A DNA stretch of 64,000 nt, from contig CM097885.1 in the NCBI GenBank assembly GCA_044892525.1, positions 181,226,001 through 181,290,000 on the forward strand. Reading direction: 5' to 3'. Below the pieces are notes generated by a model. It searched no databases and had not been told where the DNA came from. It worked only from the letters and a program-made list of their open reading frames with translations. A program made the position numbers and the translations under genes. Shown in pieces: positions 1-8,905 of the stretch. The first letter of the stretch is position 1; each line of letters starts with the position of its first letter. This stretch comes from Schmidtea polychroa (taxonomy: Eukaryota).

Positions 1-1
1 C

Positions 2-637
2 TATCCTGAAAGTCATTCTGAAAGAAATCAAAGAAAACGCAGAAGAATTTCTAATGTGGAAGAAGAAGAAATGTTTTTAAAAACAAAAGCTCTTAAAGTT
101 GATCCTAAAATTAGAGATGATTTACCTCCTTCAATTAGACCCACATTTAATACTAATACTGAAGGATATCAAATAATAACAATTAATAAACAAAACTTTA
201 CTTTATATTCAAATTCAGAAAATAAATCACGTATTCATTCACAAAATGTTTATAATAATGAATATTTAGACTTTGAATTTACAGATGATTTTTATAGATT
301 ACTTTGTGGATATTCTTCAGATGATGTTAAAGAAATTAAAAAATATTTAAATTTAATAAAATTAATAAGAGCTAGTTCTAAAGCAAAATATATTCAAGAT
401 TTAAAGAATTATTTAAATAAAAATGAAAAGGGTTATGTTGTTACAGAGGGAGAGGGATTAATTAGTGAAGGTGGTAAACCAAATCCCATCAATCTTTTTA
501 TTGAATTAAGAAAACTATTAGCTGCAAGGAAAGCAGGACATAATAATTTAGATTCTGATATTTTAAAGATTTCTAAAGATTTGTTAAAACAAGGAATAAT
601 TTCAAAAGATAAATTTAATAAGTATACGAAGTTATAA
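2..637 (+). CDS. Polinton conserved structural/unknown protein, 5'-truncated by the window edge
   Basis: The frame is open from base 2 (YPESHSERNQRKRRRISNVEEEEM...). The C-terminal LRKLLAARKAGHNNLDSDILKISKDLLKQGII resembles the LxAxxAGNxxxxxEIxxIxxxLxxxGxI motif I recognise from Polinton ORFs. Confidence 0.5.
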   Translation, partial: YPESHSERNQRKRRRISNVEEEEMFLKTKALKVDPKIRDDLPPSIRPTFNTNTEGYQIITINKQNFTLYSNSENKSRIHSQNVYNNEYLDFEFTDDFYRLLCGYSSDDVKEIKKYLNLIKLIRASSKAKYIQDLKNYLNKNEKGYVVTEGEGLISEGGKPNPINLFIELRKLLAARKAGHNNLDSDILKISKDLLKQGIISKDKFNKYTKL

Positions 638-659
638 ATACGAAGTTTTAAAATACAAA

Positions 660-1118
660 ATGACTCCTTCAATATTAGATTTTTTAAAAACATTTGGAAT
701 AAATGCAAAAACAAATTTTGATTTAAAAGATTATGCAAATTATTTAAATTTAAAAATAAAAATATTAATGAATGATGAATTGTCGAGTCTGAAAGAAGAC
801 ACTCCAAAGAATATCATTATAAATTATCAAAATTCAAATGAAAAAGGATCTGATTGGGTTTGTATATATAAGAAATCTATCTACTTTGATTCTTTTGGGA
901 TTAAACCTACTAAAGAAGTTGAAGATTATCTCTTGAGGGGTTCTCCGATTGATTCCCCAAATGGTTATACTTTTAACTCTTTACAAGTTCAACCTTTGAA
1001 TACTAAAATATGTGGTATTTTAAGTTTATATGTTTTGTATAGATTGAATATGGGGCATACGCAGGATTTTGAATCTATATTTCAAGAAATTTATAATGAT
1101 CTAGAATCTCTACTATAA
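660..1118 (+). CDS. Adenain (adenovirus-like) cysteine protease, catalytic His replaced by Asp
   Basis: GS(D)WVC...YFDSFG...QVQPLNTKICG matches the GxHW / FDSFG / Qx6-7CG pattern. Codon 852-854 is GAT where CAT (His) is expected. Confidence 0.8.
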   Translation: MTPSILDFLKTFGINAKTNFDLKDYANYLNLKIKILMNDELSSLKEDTPKNIIINYQNSNEKGSDWVCIYKKSIYFDSFGIKPTKEVEDYLLRGSPIDSPNGYTFNSLQVQPLNTKICGILSLYVLYRLNMGHTQDFESIFQEIYNDLESLL

Positions 1119-1166
1119 GGATTTTTACTATAAGGATTTTTACTATATGAATTTACTACTAAAGAA

Positions 1167-1931
1167 ATGGAGTTTCACAACCCTCCGGAAGATAATTTAA
1201 AAAAAATGGTAAACATAATGTCAGATAAATATTCAAGAACTTTATCTATAAATTCAAAAGAATCAGAGTTTACTATAAACTTTCAAGATTCAATTAAATT
1301 AGATCAAAATTTAAATTATGAATTGGGGCTATTATGGTTTTGTGCTTATAATACTATTTTTAATATAACTAAAGATAATAATAAATTTACTATTCAAACT
1401 CGTGATGGGCATAAACCAGAAATTATAACAATAGAACCTGGGGCATATGAGATAAAAGATTTAAATGATATACTTTCTAAAAAAACAAATGAAGGAATTA
1501 AAATTAAAATGGATATACCAACTTCAAAATGTGTAATGACTTTGAAGAATATAAAAATTAGTTTTTTAGATAATTGTTTCTTTCACACAGTTTTAGGATT
1601 TAAACCTATGGATATAACAATAAAAGAAGATAAAATAATAACATCAGAACATATTATAAAAATAATAAATACAAACACAATAAATATTCATTGCGATTGT
1701 ATAACAGGTTCTTATAATAATGGTAAACAAACAAATGTTTTATATTCCTTTCCCTCAAACACAGTTCCTATGGGATATAAAATAGTTGAAAGAATGAATC
1801 CTCCAAATTATTTACCTTTATGTAAAAAATATATAATGGATATTAATTTTAAAATTCTTAATCAAGAAGGAGAATTGATTGATTTTAATGGAGAAGAGAT
1901 TTCAATGTATTTACATTTGAAACAGGTTTAG
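1167..1931 (+). CDS. Polinton minor capsid (penton-like) protein
   Basis: 254 aa, beta-rich. Motifs YNTIFNI, ITIEPGAYEIKDLN, INIHCDCITGSYNNG, VLYSFP..VPMGYKI and ILNQEGELIDFNGEEI..LHLK are typical of Polinton minor capsid proteins. It lies next to the protease. Confidence 0.7.
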   Translation: MEFHNPPEDNLKKMVNIMSDKYSRTLSINSKESEFTINFQDSIKLDQNLNYELGLLWFCAYNTIFNITKDNNKFTIQTRDGHKPEIITIEPGAYEIKDLNDILSKKTNEGIKIKMDIPTSKCVMTLKNIKISFLDNCFFHTVLGFKPMDITIKEDKIITSEHIIKIINTNTINIHCDCITGSYNNGKQTNVLYSFPSNTVPMGYKIVERMNPPNYLPLCKKYIMDINFKILNQEGELIDFNGEEISMYLHLKQV

Positions 1932-1971
1932 TTCCTCTCAGGGGACTCCGTCCATTTTAAATTATTAATAA

Positions 1972-2883
1972 ATGAGTTCTTATATTCCATGTAATAGAGG
2001 TGGTGGAACAATAAAAACAGGGTTTAATACAGAAGAAATATTAACTTTAACAGAAAATAAATATATTAATGAAAGAGGTGATTCAATGAAGGGTGATTTA
2101 ATTTTAAATGGACACAAGATAAAAGAATTATCTTTTCCAACTGATGAAGCTGATGCAGTTAATAAGAAATATGTAGATGGTGTTAAAAAATATACTGATT
2201 TAACAACAACAAGAATTGAAAGTTCATTAACAACAAAAATTGATTCAATGGAATCAAAGCTTAATAATATCGAACAACGATTTAATGATAAATTTGACAA
2301 GTTACAAAGTCTGTTAACTGAACAAGTTGTAAAGTTAAATACTGCTATATTAAATTCTAAAGATAAACAAATTATGAATACTAAATTTAATACAATATAT
2401 AAAATAATAAATGAGATGATTACATCATTTAATAAAAGAATTTCAAATTTAGAGTCTCATGGAACACACATTAACACCACACATAGTATTAGAAAAAGAG
2501 CTGCTGAATTAGAACAGAATAAAACATTATTACCCCATACATATAAACATTTTATAGAACCAAGTTTAATAACAACAAACAGTAAAGAATGGGGTGTTTT
2601 TATGGTTGTAAAAATTATTGATCCTTATTTCTTTTTGTTTGATGATGATAATGAAAGAATGAAATGGTTTGTGAAATGTGATTATAATAGTAAGTTTGAA
2701 AAGGGTGATGTTATAATGACTAGTTATGATTTACCACACGGAGATTGGTATGTTAATACTCATTCACATGGACTACATAAAGTTAAAAGTAAGAATATTC
2801 ATTTTTCTAGTTCACTTGTACAATATATAGATTTAATATTTTATGAAAAAAGGTTGATGTTGATGAAGTTCGTAAAGCATTGA
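1972..2883 (+). CDS. Fibre/spike-like protein (tail-fibre-type repeat, coiled coil, C-terminal head)
   Basis: GDSMKGDLILNGHKIKELSFPTDEADAVNKKYVD repeat motif, then a ~90-aa heptad-rich segment ending RISNLE, then a ~110-aa beta-like domain. Confidence 0.45.
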   Translation: MSSYIPCNRGGGTIKTGFNTEEILTLTENKYINERGDSMKGDLILNGHKIKELSFPTDEADAVNKKYVDGVKKYTDLTTTRIESSLTTKIDSMESKLNNIEQRFNDKFDKLQSLLTEQVVKLNTAILNSKDKQIMNTKFNTIYKIINEMITSFNKRISNLESHGTHINTTHSIRKRAAELEQNKTLLPHTYKHFIEPSLITTNSKEWGVFMVVKIIDPYFFLFDDDNERMKWFVKCDYNSKFEKGDVIMTSYDLPHGDWYVNTHSHGLHKVKSKNIHFSSSLVQYIDLIFYEKRLMLMKFVKH

Positions 2884-2989
2884 GAGAATTGTATAAAGAT
2901 ATCCTCTCAACAAGAGTTTATTTTGATATCCGAGTATTGGTGCCAGATGGTGCTCAGAAGAATAAAGTCTTATTTTTTTAATTATTAAA

Positions 2990-3598
2990 ATGGAAGAAGT
3001 AAGAGAAGAAAAAATTTACCCAGAATTGAGATCATCAGGATATTATTCCGAAGGTCACAAAGGTTCCAAGGCCTCGGCTCCCACAGAACTTGAAATTATG
3101 AGAGTAAAAGAATTTAAATCAGAAACCTTACATTTACAAGATTTATTAAAGCATTATAAAAAAATTAAAAATAGATGGAATAAAGGGAATACAGTTTTAA
3201 AAGTTATAGGTTATTCTTTAGGATTTGCATCTGCAATATTAACAGTTATTTTACCCATAACTTTACCAGTTGTTACTCTTGCACCTGTAATACTTGGAAG
3301 TATTTCTGTGGCTGATGGTTTCTTAACTGAAATAGTTTCATTATCTTATACTTCTAAAAAGAAAAGTTTATATAGAGAAGTTTGTTTATCAATAGAATTA
3401 GGAATCTCTAAATTATTTTTATTTCAATAAAAAGCTTTGGAAGATGGAATCCTGACAGACGAAGAAATAATGAAATCAAATCAAATAATACAAGATATAA
3501 AGAATGAGGTTATAAGATTAAAAAGTGCAAATATTATAACTAATGAATATTCTAAAAAAATTAAACGAGACAAGTGGTTAAAGAATTCTTACTTATAA
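2990..3598 (+). pseudogene. Polinton small membrane protein with an in-frame nonsense codon
   Basis: IYPEL...SAP, two hydrophobic segments, then TAA (3428-3430). The same frame continues KALEDGILTDEE... to a stop at 3596-3598. The ALxDGxIxxEE motif is recognised from this Polinton gene family. Confidence 0.6.
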
Positions 3599-3684
3599 AA
3601 TGGATGAATTTTTAAAAAAGTAGATCAAGTTGCTATAGTTGCTTAAATTAATTGTCGACATTTTATTATTAAATATCGCTGGTT

Positions 3685-6675
3685 TCAGTTATGGTTGAAA
3701 GCCAACCTATGAATCATTAATTTATGATCTTTAAATTCTTTATCACTTAGACCTTTTATATATTCAGAATCAGTATTAAAATATTTAAGTTCTAAACATA
3801 TAGGATTAAAAACTTGAGAATATAAAGGTTTCTCGATTTCTCTCTCGGGATAAATAATTTCAACATTATAAATATCAAGATCAGTAATCTTTGTATCATA
3901 TAACTTATTCAACTTTTCTAGATTTTTTATTATAGGGATTAAATTATTTCCAATAGGTAGAGTTGTCTTTAAATCACTTAGTATGAATCTCTTATCATCA
4001 TAATTTGATAATGATACTTTTTGAGATTCTATCAAGTGAATATCATGGTTTTCACTTTTAAGCTGATGTATTTCATCAATTTTATCTTTATGATTTGGAT
4101 TCAATGTATCTATATAATCTTGATGAGAAAGATTCTTTGCCACCACTCTCTGTATTCCTTTACATCTGTTATCCTTTACAGGTTTTTCTTCTTTAGGAAA
4201 TATAGGATATCTATGTGTAATGGTTTCTTCTGTTTCTGGAGTTTTAAATATAAATGATCTAGTTATAAATTCAGGGTTTCTAAATGTTTCGTATGAATAT
4301 TGTTTAGCACGAATAAATATTCCATTTTCTATAGGAGTAAAAGGTTTTTCATCTTTAAACGAAAATAGTTCTCCAGATGAATTTATTAAATTTGAAAGTA
4401 TAGGATTTTCTTTCATATCTTTTTGTAAATCATGAGTTCTTATTGTTAAAAACATTGAATCTGTATCCATTGCATGCATTGATATATTTGCTCCGTATAT
4501 AGGTTGTAAGATGTTATAATATGTTTCATACATTTGTAATTTTGAAAGTTCTAAAATTGTAAACCCTATAAATATTGGTTTGTTATATGTTTTCTCATAA
4601 TTTTTTAATTCTACTGCAGTAAGATTTTCAGAAAATACTTGTGCGTTTTTAAATGTAGGCTTTCCTAGCATGCGATTATAACGTTTAATATCTTTGGTAG
4701 TATTTGTTAGGAGTTCAATATGAGTATATTTATCAACATTCTCCATTGTTTTCCCAAATACTGAATTGTTTAAAATTTTATAATTATTATCTTTAAAAAG
4801 GTTACCTTCTCTTTTTGCAATGTTTCGACACCTAATGTTCTCCTCGATAAAAGCTTTCATGAATGGAGCTTGTTTAAATCTTATGACACTATGAACTTTT
4901 TTTAATATCATTCCTCGTGAGAGATAAAATTGGAGGAGTCTATAGTGACAAAGATAAAACCTTCGATCTGTTTGATCACAAAGAAGTTTCATTGTTGGAG
5001 GTTTATCTTGTGAGATTTGCCATTCAGAAAGTTCGTTTATATCAATCTTTCTTCTTATGGGAGCTAAAGGAAAATATCTTGTTCCTGATTTTATATCATC
5101 TGGATAGTCGAGGTCACATTCTATAAAGTAACCTATTGGAGAATCTTTCGATGTTGAAAGTATTTCTTTCATAAGGTCATCTGTTGGGTTCTCTATTTCA
5201 GTGAAATCACTCATTGGTAAATATTGAGTCATAATTCCTGAATATAAAGCTGTTGCATCTATATAAAGTATAAATATAGGATTTTTCATTGTTTCTAATA
5301 ATTCTTTTAATTCCTCATTGTTAATTTTCATATATGGATCATCAGGGTGTTTAGATAGTCTTCGGCTAGTAGTTATTGCATTTCTAGCTTTTATTTCTCT
5401 ATTCCCCATTACTGAAGAGACTCCTCCTCTAATGTTTGTTTTAATTTGGTTAAACATATCGAGGTTAGTTAAAAGATCTATAATTTTATCACCTTCTTCT
5501 ATATTTGAAGTCCAAATGGTATATAACATAGTATCCCAAGCTAAAGAGGGTGCAGTTATATAATTATAAGGTTTAAGAACAAAAGATTTTGTAAATTCTT
5601 CAAAGCAATCTGCTAGAATATAAACATCCAAGGATAAATACATACTTGTATATTCTCCTAAAGTTTTACACTTGAATAATTCCCACATTTTATTTGCTCG
5701 AGAATATTCTTGATTTGTAATATGATTTTTTTGAAGTTGTGAATAGAAATCTTCTTGGCTAGGAAGACTTGTTTCATTATATCTTTCAAACGAGTCAACA
5801 TAGTCATAAGGATATATTCCTTTTGCTAAACATGTAGGATATTCTTCTAGAGGAATATTATTTTTTTCCAAGAATTCTCGAGTGATTTTAAAATTTTCTG
5901 GTTTCATTGTTTTTGCTACTGCATCTAAAGACATTTGGAGAAAGTTTAACGAGTCTATAAATTTTAATTTTCCATATTCAATTGATTTATATTTTTCCTT
6001 TGTTAAGCCGATAACTTTGAAAGAGTTTTTAGCATTTGCTGCGAGGTGTTTAATAAATAGATGTATGTCATATCCAAAAAGATTATGAAATATAACAGGT
6101 ATAAATTTAGGAGTATGGCAATTAAGATTGCAATTTTTATGAGCTGCTCCTCGATAATTATTTTCCTTTTTTAAATGATCATGATCTATAACTTTTTCAT
6201 CAGGAAGAATATTCTGTTTACACATCCAACAGTTGGAAGTATTTTCATATTCTTGTTGTTGTTGATTAGAAATATTTTGAGGATACTTTGTTTTTAATAT
6301 TTTTAATATTTCATGTTCTAGATCATTTATATTTTTAGTAAAATGATTCAAGACTTCTTCAGGGGTACCTCCTAGAATTGAATATTCTCTAGATTCTATG
6401 AGTTCAGGATAATTACTTTTAAATAATAATTTATAAGCAGATGGTAATTGTTTAGTTTTTTTAACACTATTAGGTTTATTTCTTTTTCTTAGAAAGGCTT
6501 TCATCCTCTCTGGTTTCATCTTCTCTCCTGAGGAGTTCCATAAATCCATGAGTTTATTTTTTTCTATTATTTTTAAATATTGATAAACCAAATCTTGTTT
6601 ATGGTTTATAGATTCAAAGTCACCATAAAGAACTCCAACTGTTTGTAGTAAATTTGAAAAGTTTTTCAAATACAT
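3685..6675 (-). CDS. Protein-primed family B DNA polymerase (pPolB), main body
   Basis: YGDFESI (ExoI), EndoVII-like CWMC...DHDHL...RGAAHKNCN, FHNLFGYD (ExoII), YLSLDVYILAD (ExoIII), YIDATALYS (motif A), KILNNSVFGKTMEN (motif B), MDTDS (motif C). Confidence 0.95.
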   Translation of the reverse strand: MYLKNFSNLLQTVGVLYGDFESINHKQDLVYQYLKIIEKNKLMDLWNSSGEKMKPERMKAFLRKRNKPNSVKKTKQLPSAYKLLFKSNYPELIESREYSILGGTPEEVLNHFTKNINDLEHEILKILKTKYPQNISNQQQQEYENTSNCWMCKQNILPDEKVIDHDHLKKENNYRGAAHKNCNLNCHTPKFIPVIFHNLFGYDIHLFIKHLAANAKNSFKVIGLTKEKYKSIEYGKLKFIDSLNFLQMSLDAVAKTMKPENFKITREFLEKNNIPLEEYPTCLAKGIYPYDYVDSFERYNETSLPSQEDFYSQLQKNHITNQEYSRANKMWELFKCKTLGEYTSMYLSLDVYILADCFEEFTKSFVLKPYNYITAPSLAWDTMLYTIWTSNIEEGDKIIDLLTNLDMFNQIKTNIRGGVSSVMGNREIKARNAITTSRRLSKHPDDPYMKINNEELKELLETMKNPIFILYIDATALYSGIMTQYLPMSDFTEIENPTDDLMKEILSTSKDSPIGYFIECDLDYPDDIKSGTRYFPLAPIRRKIDINELSEWQISQDKPPTMKLLCDQTDRRFYLCHYRLLQFYLSRGMILKKVHSVIRFKQAPFMKAFIEENIRCRNIAKREGNLFKDNNYKILNNSVFGKTMENVDKYTHIELLTNTTKDIKRYNRMLGKPTFKNAQVFSENLTAVELKNYEKTYNKPIFIGFTILELSKLQMYETYYNILQPIYGANISMHAMDTDSMFLTIRTHDLQKDMKENPILSNLINSSGELFSFKDEKPFTPIENGIFIRAKQYSYETFRNPEFITRSFIFKTPETEETITHRYPIFPKEEKPVKDNRCKGIQRVVAKNLSHQDYIDTLNPNHKDKIDEIHQLKSENHDIHLIESQKVSLSNYDDKRFILSDLKTTLPIGNNLIPIIKNLEKLNKLYDTKITDLDIYNVEIIYPEREIEKPLYSQVFNPICLELKYFNTDSEYIKGLSDKEFKDHKLMIHRLAFNHN

Positions 6676-6698
6676 CTAGGGATTATTAGGCATTTTAA

Positions 6699-7964
6699 TT
6701 AAAGCTGGATCATCTTTTCACAAAATCTTGTATATTTAATCATAGAGTTTTTAGTTGTTGAATAATGAAGACATCTTTTACATGTTCCTCCTCCACTAGT
6801 TGGATTCTCTGGTGATGTAAAAGCTTGAAAGTTTTTTATTAAAACATAATGTTGATTATTTTGTTGTTCCAAGATTAAAAGATATATCTCGTTGCCCTGT
6901 GCTCCGTTATCCTTGGTTCCACTATCTGAAATATAAATTGGAATAATTTCTTTCCCTATAACATGTTCATAAATATTAAGTTTAAGATTATTTAATTTTT
7001 CAAATTCTGGAATGTCTTCTAGTTTCATTGGGTGTTTGAATCCTTTGGGAAATATTAATTCATTTTCATATTGTTTGTATTTTGAAACTCTTTGGGGATT
7101 TGTTGCTTGAGGATGTAAATGTGCAAGTATTGACCAGATGAAACATTTGTTATCATTATTCTGTACATTTATAACATTTTTAGATTTAAAGGGTGTAGGA
7201 ATATAAGATTTAGGATTGGGTGGTAATCCTCTCCAATAATCAATCACTAAAGTTTGGAAAGAGTTGAATACTAAGTTTGAATCTCCTAATTCATTTTCTA
7301 CTTCCTCTTGTTTTGCTTCTGCTGCTTTAATTATTTCTTTGATGGTTTTATCAAATCCTTTAATTGAAAATAAATATTTAAAAGGTATTCCAATTTCAAC
7401 ATCTAAGGGTGTTGTCTTTTCTTCTGCTCCTCGCCAGTATTTTGCTTTGATTATAATTTTATATTTTATAACATTATACCTTGTCGGTTTATAATTTTTT
7501 AAAGCTTCAGTGAAAGAATTTTTAATATTTTTTTTATTTTTATTTATATATTCTCCAGGAGTTGCAGGCCCATTAATTTTTAATTGAAATTCATCTATAT
7601 GATTAAAATTATCCCAGTTATATTTTTCTCTTTCAACATGATCAGGTTCTCCTTCTGAATGACATTCCTCATCGTCAGAATTTTGTTTTTTATTTTTACA
7701 TTCTTTTATATGTTCTAAATAATAGAAATTTAGTTTTGTTGAAAAGTTACAATGAGGACATGTAAATATTTCTCTATTTTTCCCGATACAATTTTCAAAA
7801 TGTTTATTATATCCAGAATGTAGAAATCTTCCTTTACATTTAGGACAAACTTTTGAATTTGTATCATTAAGATTGTTTTCTTTTAATAAATGAGCTTTCG
7901 ATTTTAAGTGAGAAATTAATCCAGTTTTATTTTTAAAAACTTTATTGCAAATATTACAATTCAT
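6699..7964 (-). CDS. N-terminal portion of the pPolB polyprotein with zinc fingers, separated by a frameshift and a stop
   Basis: Three C2H2/C2HC-like fingers (CNIC..HLKSKAH; CPKC..HFENC; CPHC..HIKEC) and INVQNNDNKCFIWSILAHLHP..RVSKY..HYVLIKNF..CKRCL, which normally precede ExoI in one Polinton PolB ORF. Restoring one base near 6712 gives ..CEKDDPALIKMPNNP*(TAG 6676-6678)MYLKNF in frame with PolB. Confidence 0.75.
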   Translation of the reverse strand: MNCNICNKVFKNKTGLISHLKSKAHLLKENNLNDTNSKVCPKCKGRFLHSGYNKHFENCIGKNREIFTCPHCNFSTKLNFYYLEHIKECKNKKQNSDDEECHSEGEPDHVEREKYNWDNFNHIDEFQLKINGPATPGEYINKNKKNIKNSFTEALKNYKPTRYNVIKYKIIIKAKYWRGAEEKTTPLDVEIGIPFKYLFSIKGFDKTIKEIIKAAEAKQEEVENELGDSNLVFNSFQTLVIDYWRGLPPNPKSYIPTPFKSKNVINVQNNDNKCFIWSILAHLHPQATNPQRVSKYKQYENELIFPKGFKHPMKLEDIPEFEKLNNLKLNIYEHVIGKEIIPIYISDSGTKDNGAQGNEIYLLILEQQNNQHYVLIKNFQAFTSPENPTSGGGTCKRCLHYSTTKNSMIKYTRFCEKMIQL

Positions 7965-8061
7965 TTTTAGAAAAAAATTTTTTATTGGATATCCTGTTTT
8001 GATTTTTTATGTTTTTATATTTATTTTCATAATGTGACAGTCTAAAAAATAACAAATATCC

Positions 8062-8146
8062 AATCCTAGATAGCGCAGTGGGCTAGACTGACACAGTGGT
8101 TCAAAATGCTAGCGGTTCAAATCCTAACTGTGGTTAGTTTTTTTTT
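8062..8146 (+). ncRNA. tRNA-like Pol III unit 1
   Basis: A box TAGCGCAGTGG (8071-8081), B box GGTTCAAATCC (8114-8124), tRNA-like 43-nt spacing, T9 terminator (8138-8146), imperfect terminal stem. No canonical anticodon arm. Confidence 0.6.
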
Positions 8147-8286
8147 CAACATAAAATAATATTAAAAATTTGAAAATAATAGTGTGGGTATCTTATATTT
8201 ATAAAGTACTTGTATATTTTATTTTATTTATTTTATTTTATTTTATTTTTTTATAAATTAAAAATTAAAAAAATGACAAAAATTCA

Positions 8287-8370
8287 AACCTTGATGGCGC
8301 AGTGGGAATAGACTGGCACAGTGGTTCAAATGGATAGTGGTTCAAATCACATCTGAGGTTAGTTTTTTTT
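8287..8370 (+). ncRNA. tRNA-like Pol III unit 2
   Basis: A box TGGCGCAGTGG (8295-8305), B box GGTTCAAATCA (8339-8349), T8 run (8363-8370), terminal stem AACCTTGAT/ATC(T)GAGGTT. Diverged paralog of unit 1. Confidence 0.55.
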
Positions 8371-8537
8371 CAACATAAAATAATATTAAAAATTTGAAAA
8401 TAATATTGAAAATAGTGTGGGTATCTTATATTTATAAAGTACTTGTATATTTTATTTTATTTATTTTATTTTATTTTATTTTTTTATAAATTAATTATTT
8501 TTTAAACATAAATATGAAAAAAAAAATATTGAAACGG

Positions 8538-8610
8538 GTGATGGTGGCGAACCGGTAATTATCGCCACCTGTCTTTCGAACACCCCCGGATCGATCCCGG
8601 TAATGTGCAC
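8538..8610 (+). ncRNA. tRNA-like unit 3 (more GC-rich, different sequence)
   Basis: A-box-like TGGCGAACCGG (8545-8555), perfect 4-bp D stem GCGA/TCGC, partial anticodon arm TGT-CTTTCGA-ACA, T arm CCGG-ATCGATC-CCGG. A-to-B spacing is 43 nt. The acceptor stem is poor. Confidence 0.4.
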
Positions 8611-8845
8611 ATTTATTTCTCAGTTGTTTTCGGACCTCTTTCGAATTCGCTTTCGAATTCATTTGTACTTTCGAGCAGCACACTTAAAACGCCGATGAAA
8701 TCGACTTCGTGAGCGAGAAGCGAATAATAAGGTGTGCTGCTATTATCGGATTGATTCTGATGTATGAGTCTGGCCAGCTTGTATATTGGAAGAGATTCGA
8801 TAAACGAAAGAGGTTGATAAATAAAAAAAATGATCCGGATCAAAA

Positions 8846-8905
8846 AAAACTGTTGAGGGGACAGTGAAAAAAAAAAAAATACCACTGTCCCCTCAGAGCA
8901 GTTTT
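8846..8905. other. Strong hairpin
   Basis: TGAGGGGACAGTG (8854-8866) / CACTGTCCCCTCA (8883-8895) is a perfect 13-bp stem with an A-rich 16-nt loop, extended by AAAACTG/CAGTTTT. Confidence 0.85.

Larger units (their letters stand above)
1..8000. mobile_element. Polinton/Maverick (adintovirus-like) endogenous DNA virus, right-hand part, decaying
   Basis: Compact intronless cluster: adenain-like protease, minor-capsid-like ORF and small structural ORFs on +, convergent with protein-primed PolB on -. Integrase, ATPase and major capsid are not seen and presumably lie left of the window. The right terminus/TIR was not identified and may extend to ~8910. Confidence 0.9.
8060..8495 (+). repeat. Tandem duplication (~225-bp unit) containing tRNA-like units 1 and 2
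   Basis: The downstream spacer CAACATAAAATAATATTAAAAATTTGAAAATAAT..GTGTGGGTATCTTATATTTATAAAGTACTTGTATATT is repeated almost identically after both T-runs. Confidence 0.9.

Noticed and set aside
8538-8610. Functional tRNA-Glu(TTC) call for unit 3 (or Val/Ala for units 1 and 2)
   Set aside because: The acceptor and anticodon stems do not pair properly, so they are reported only as tRNA-like units.
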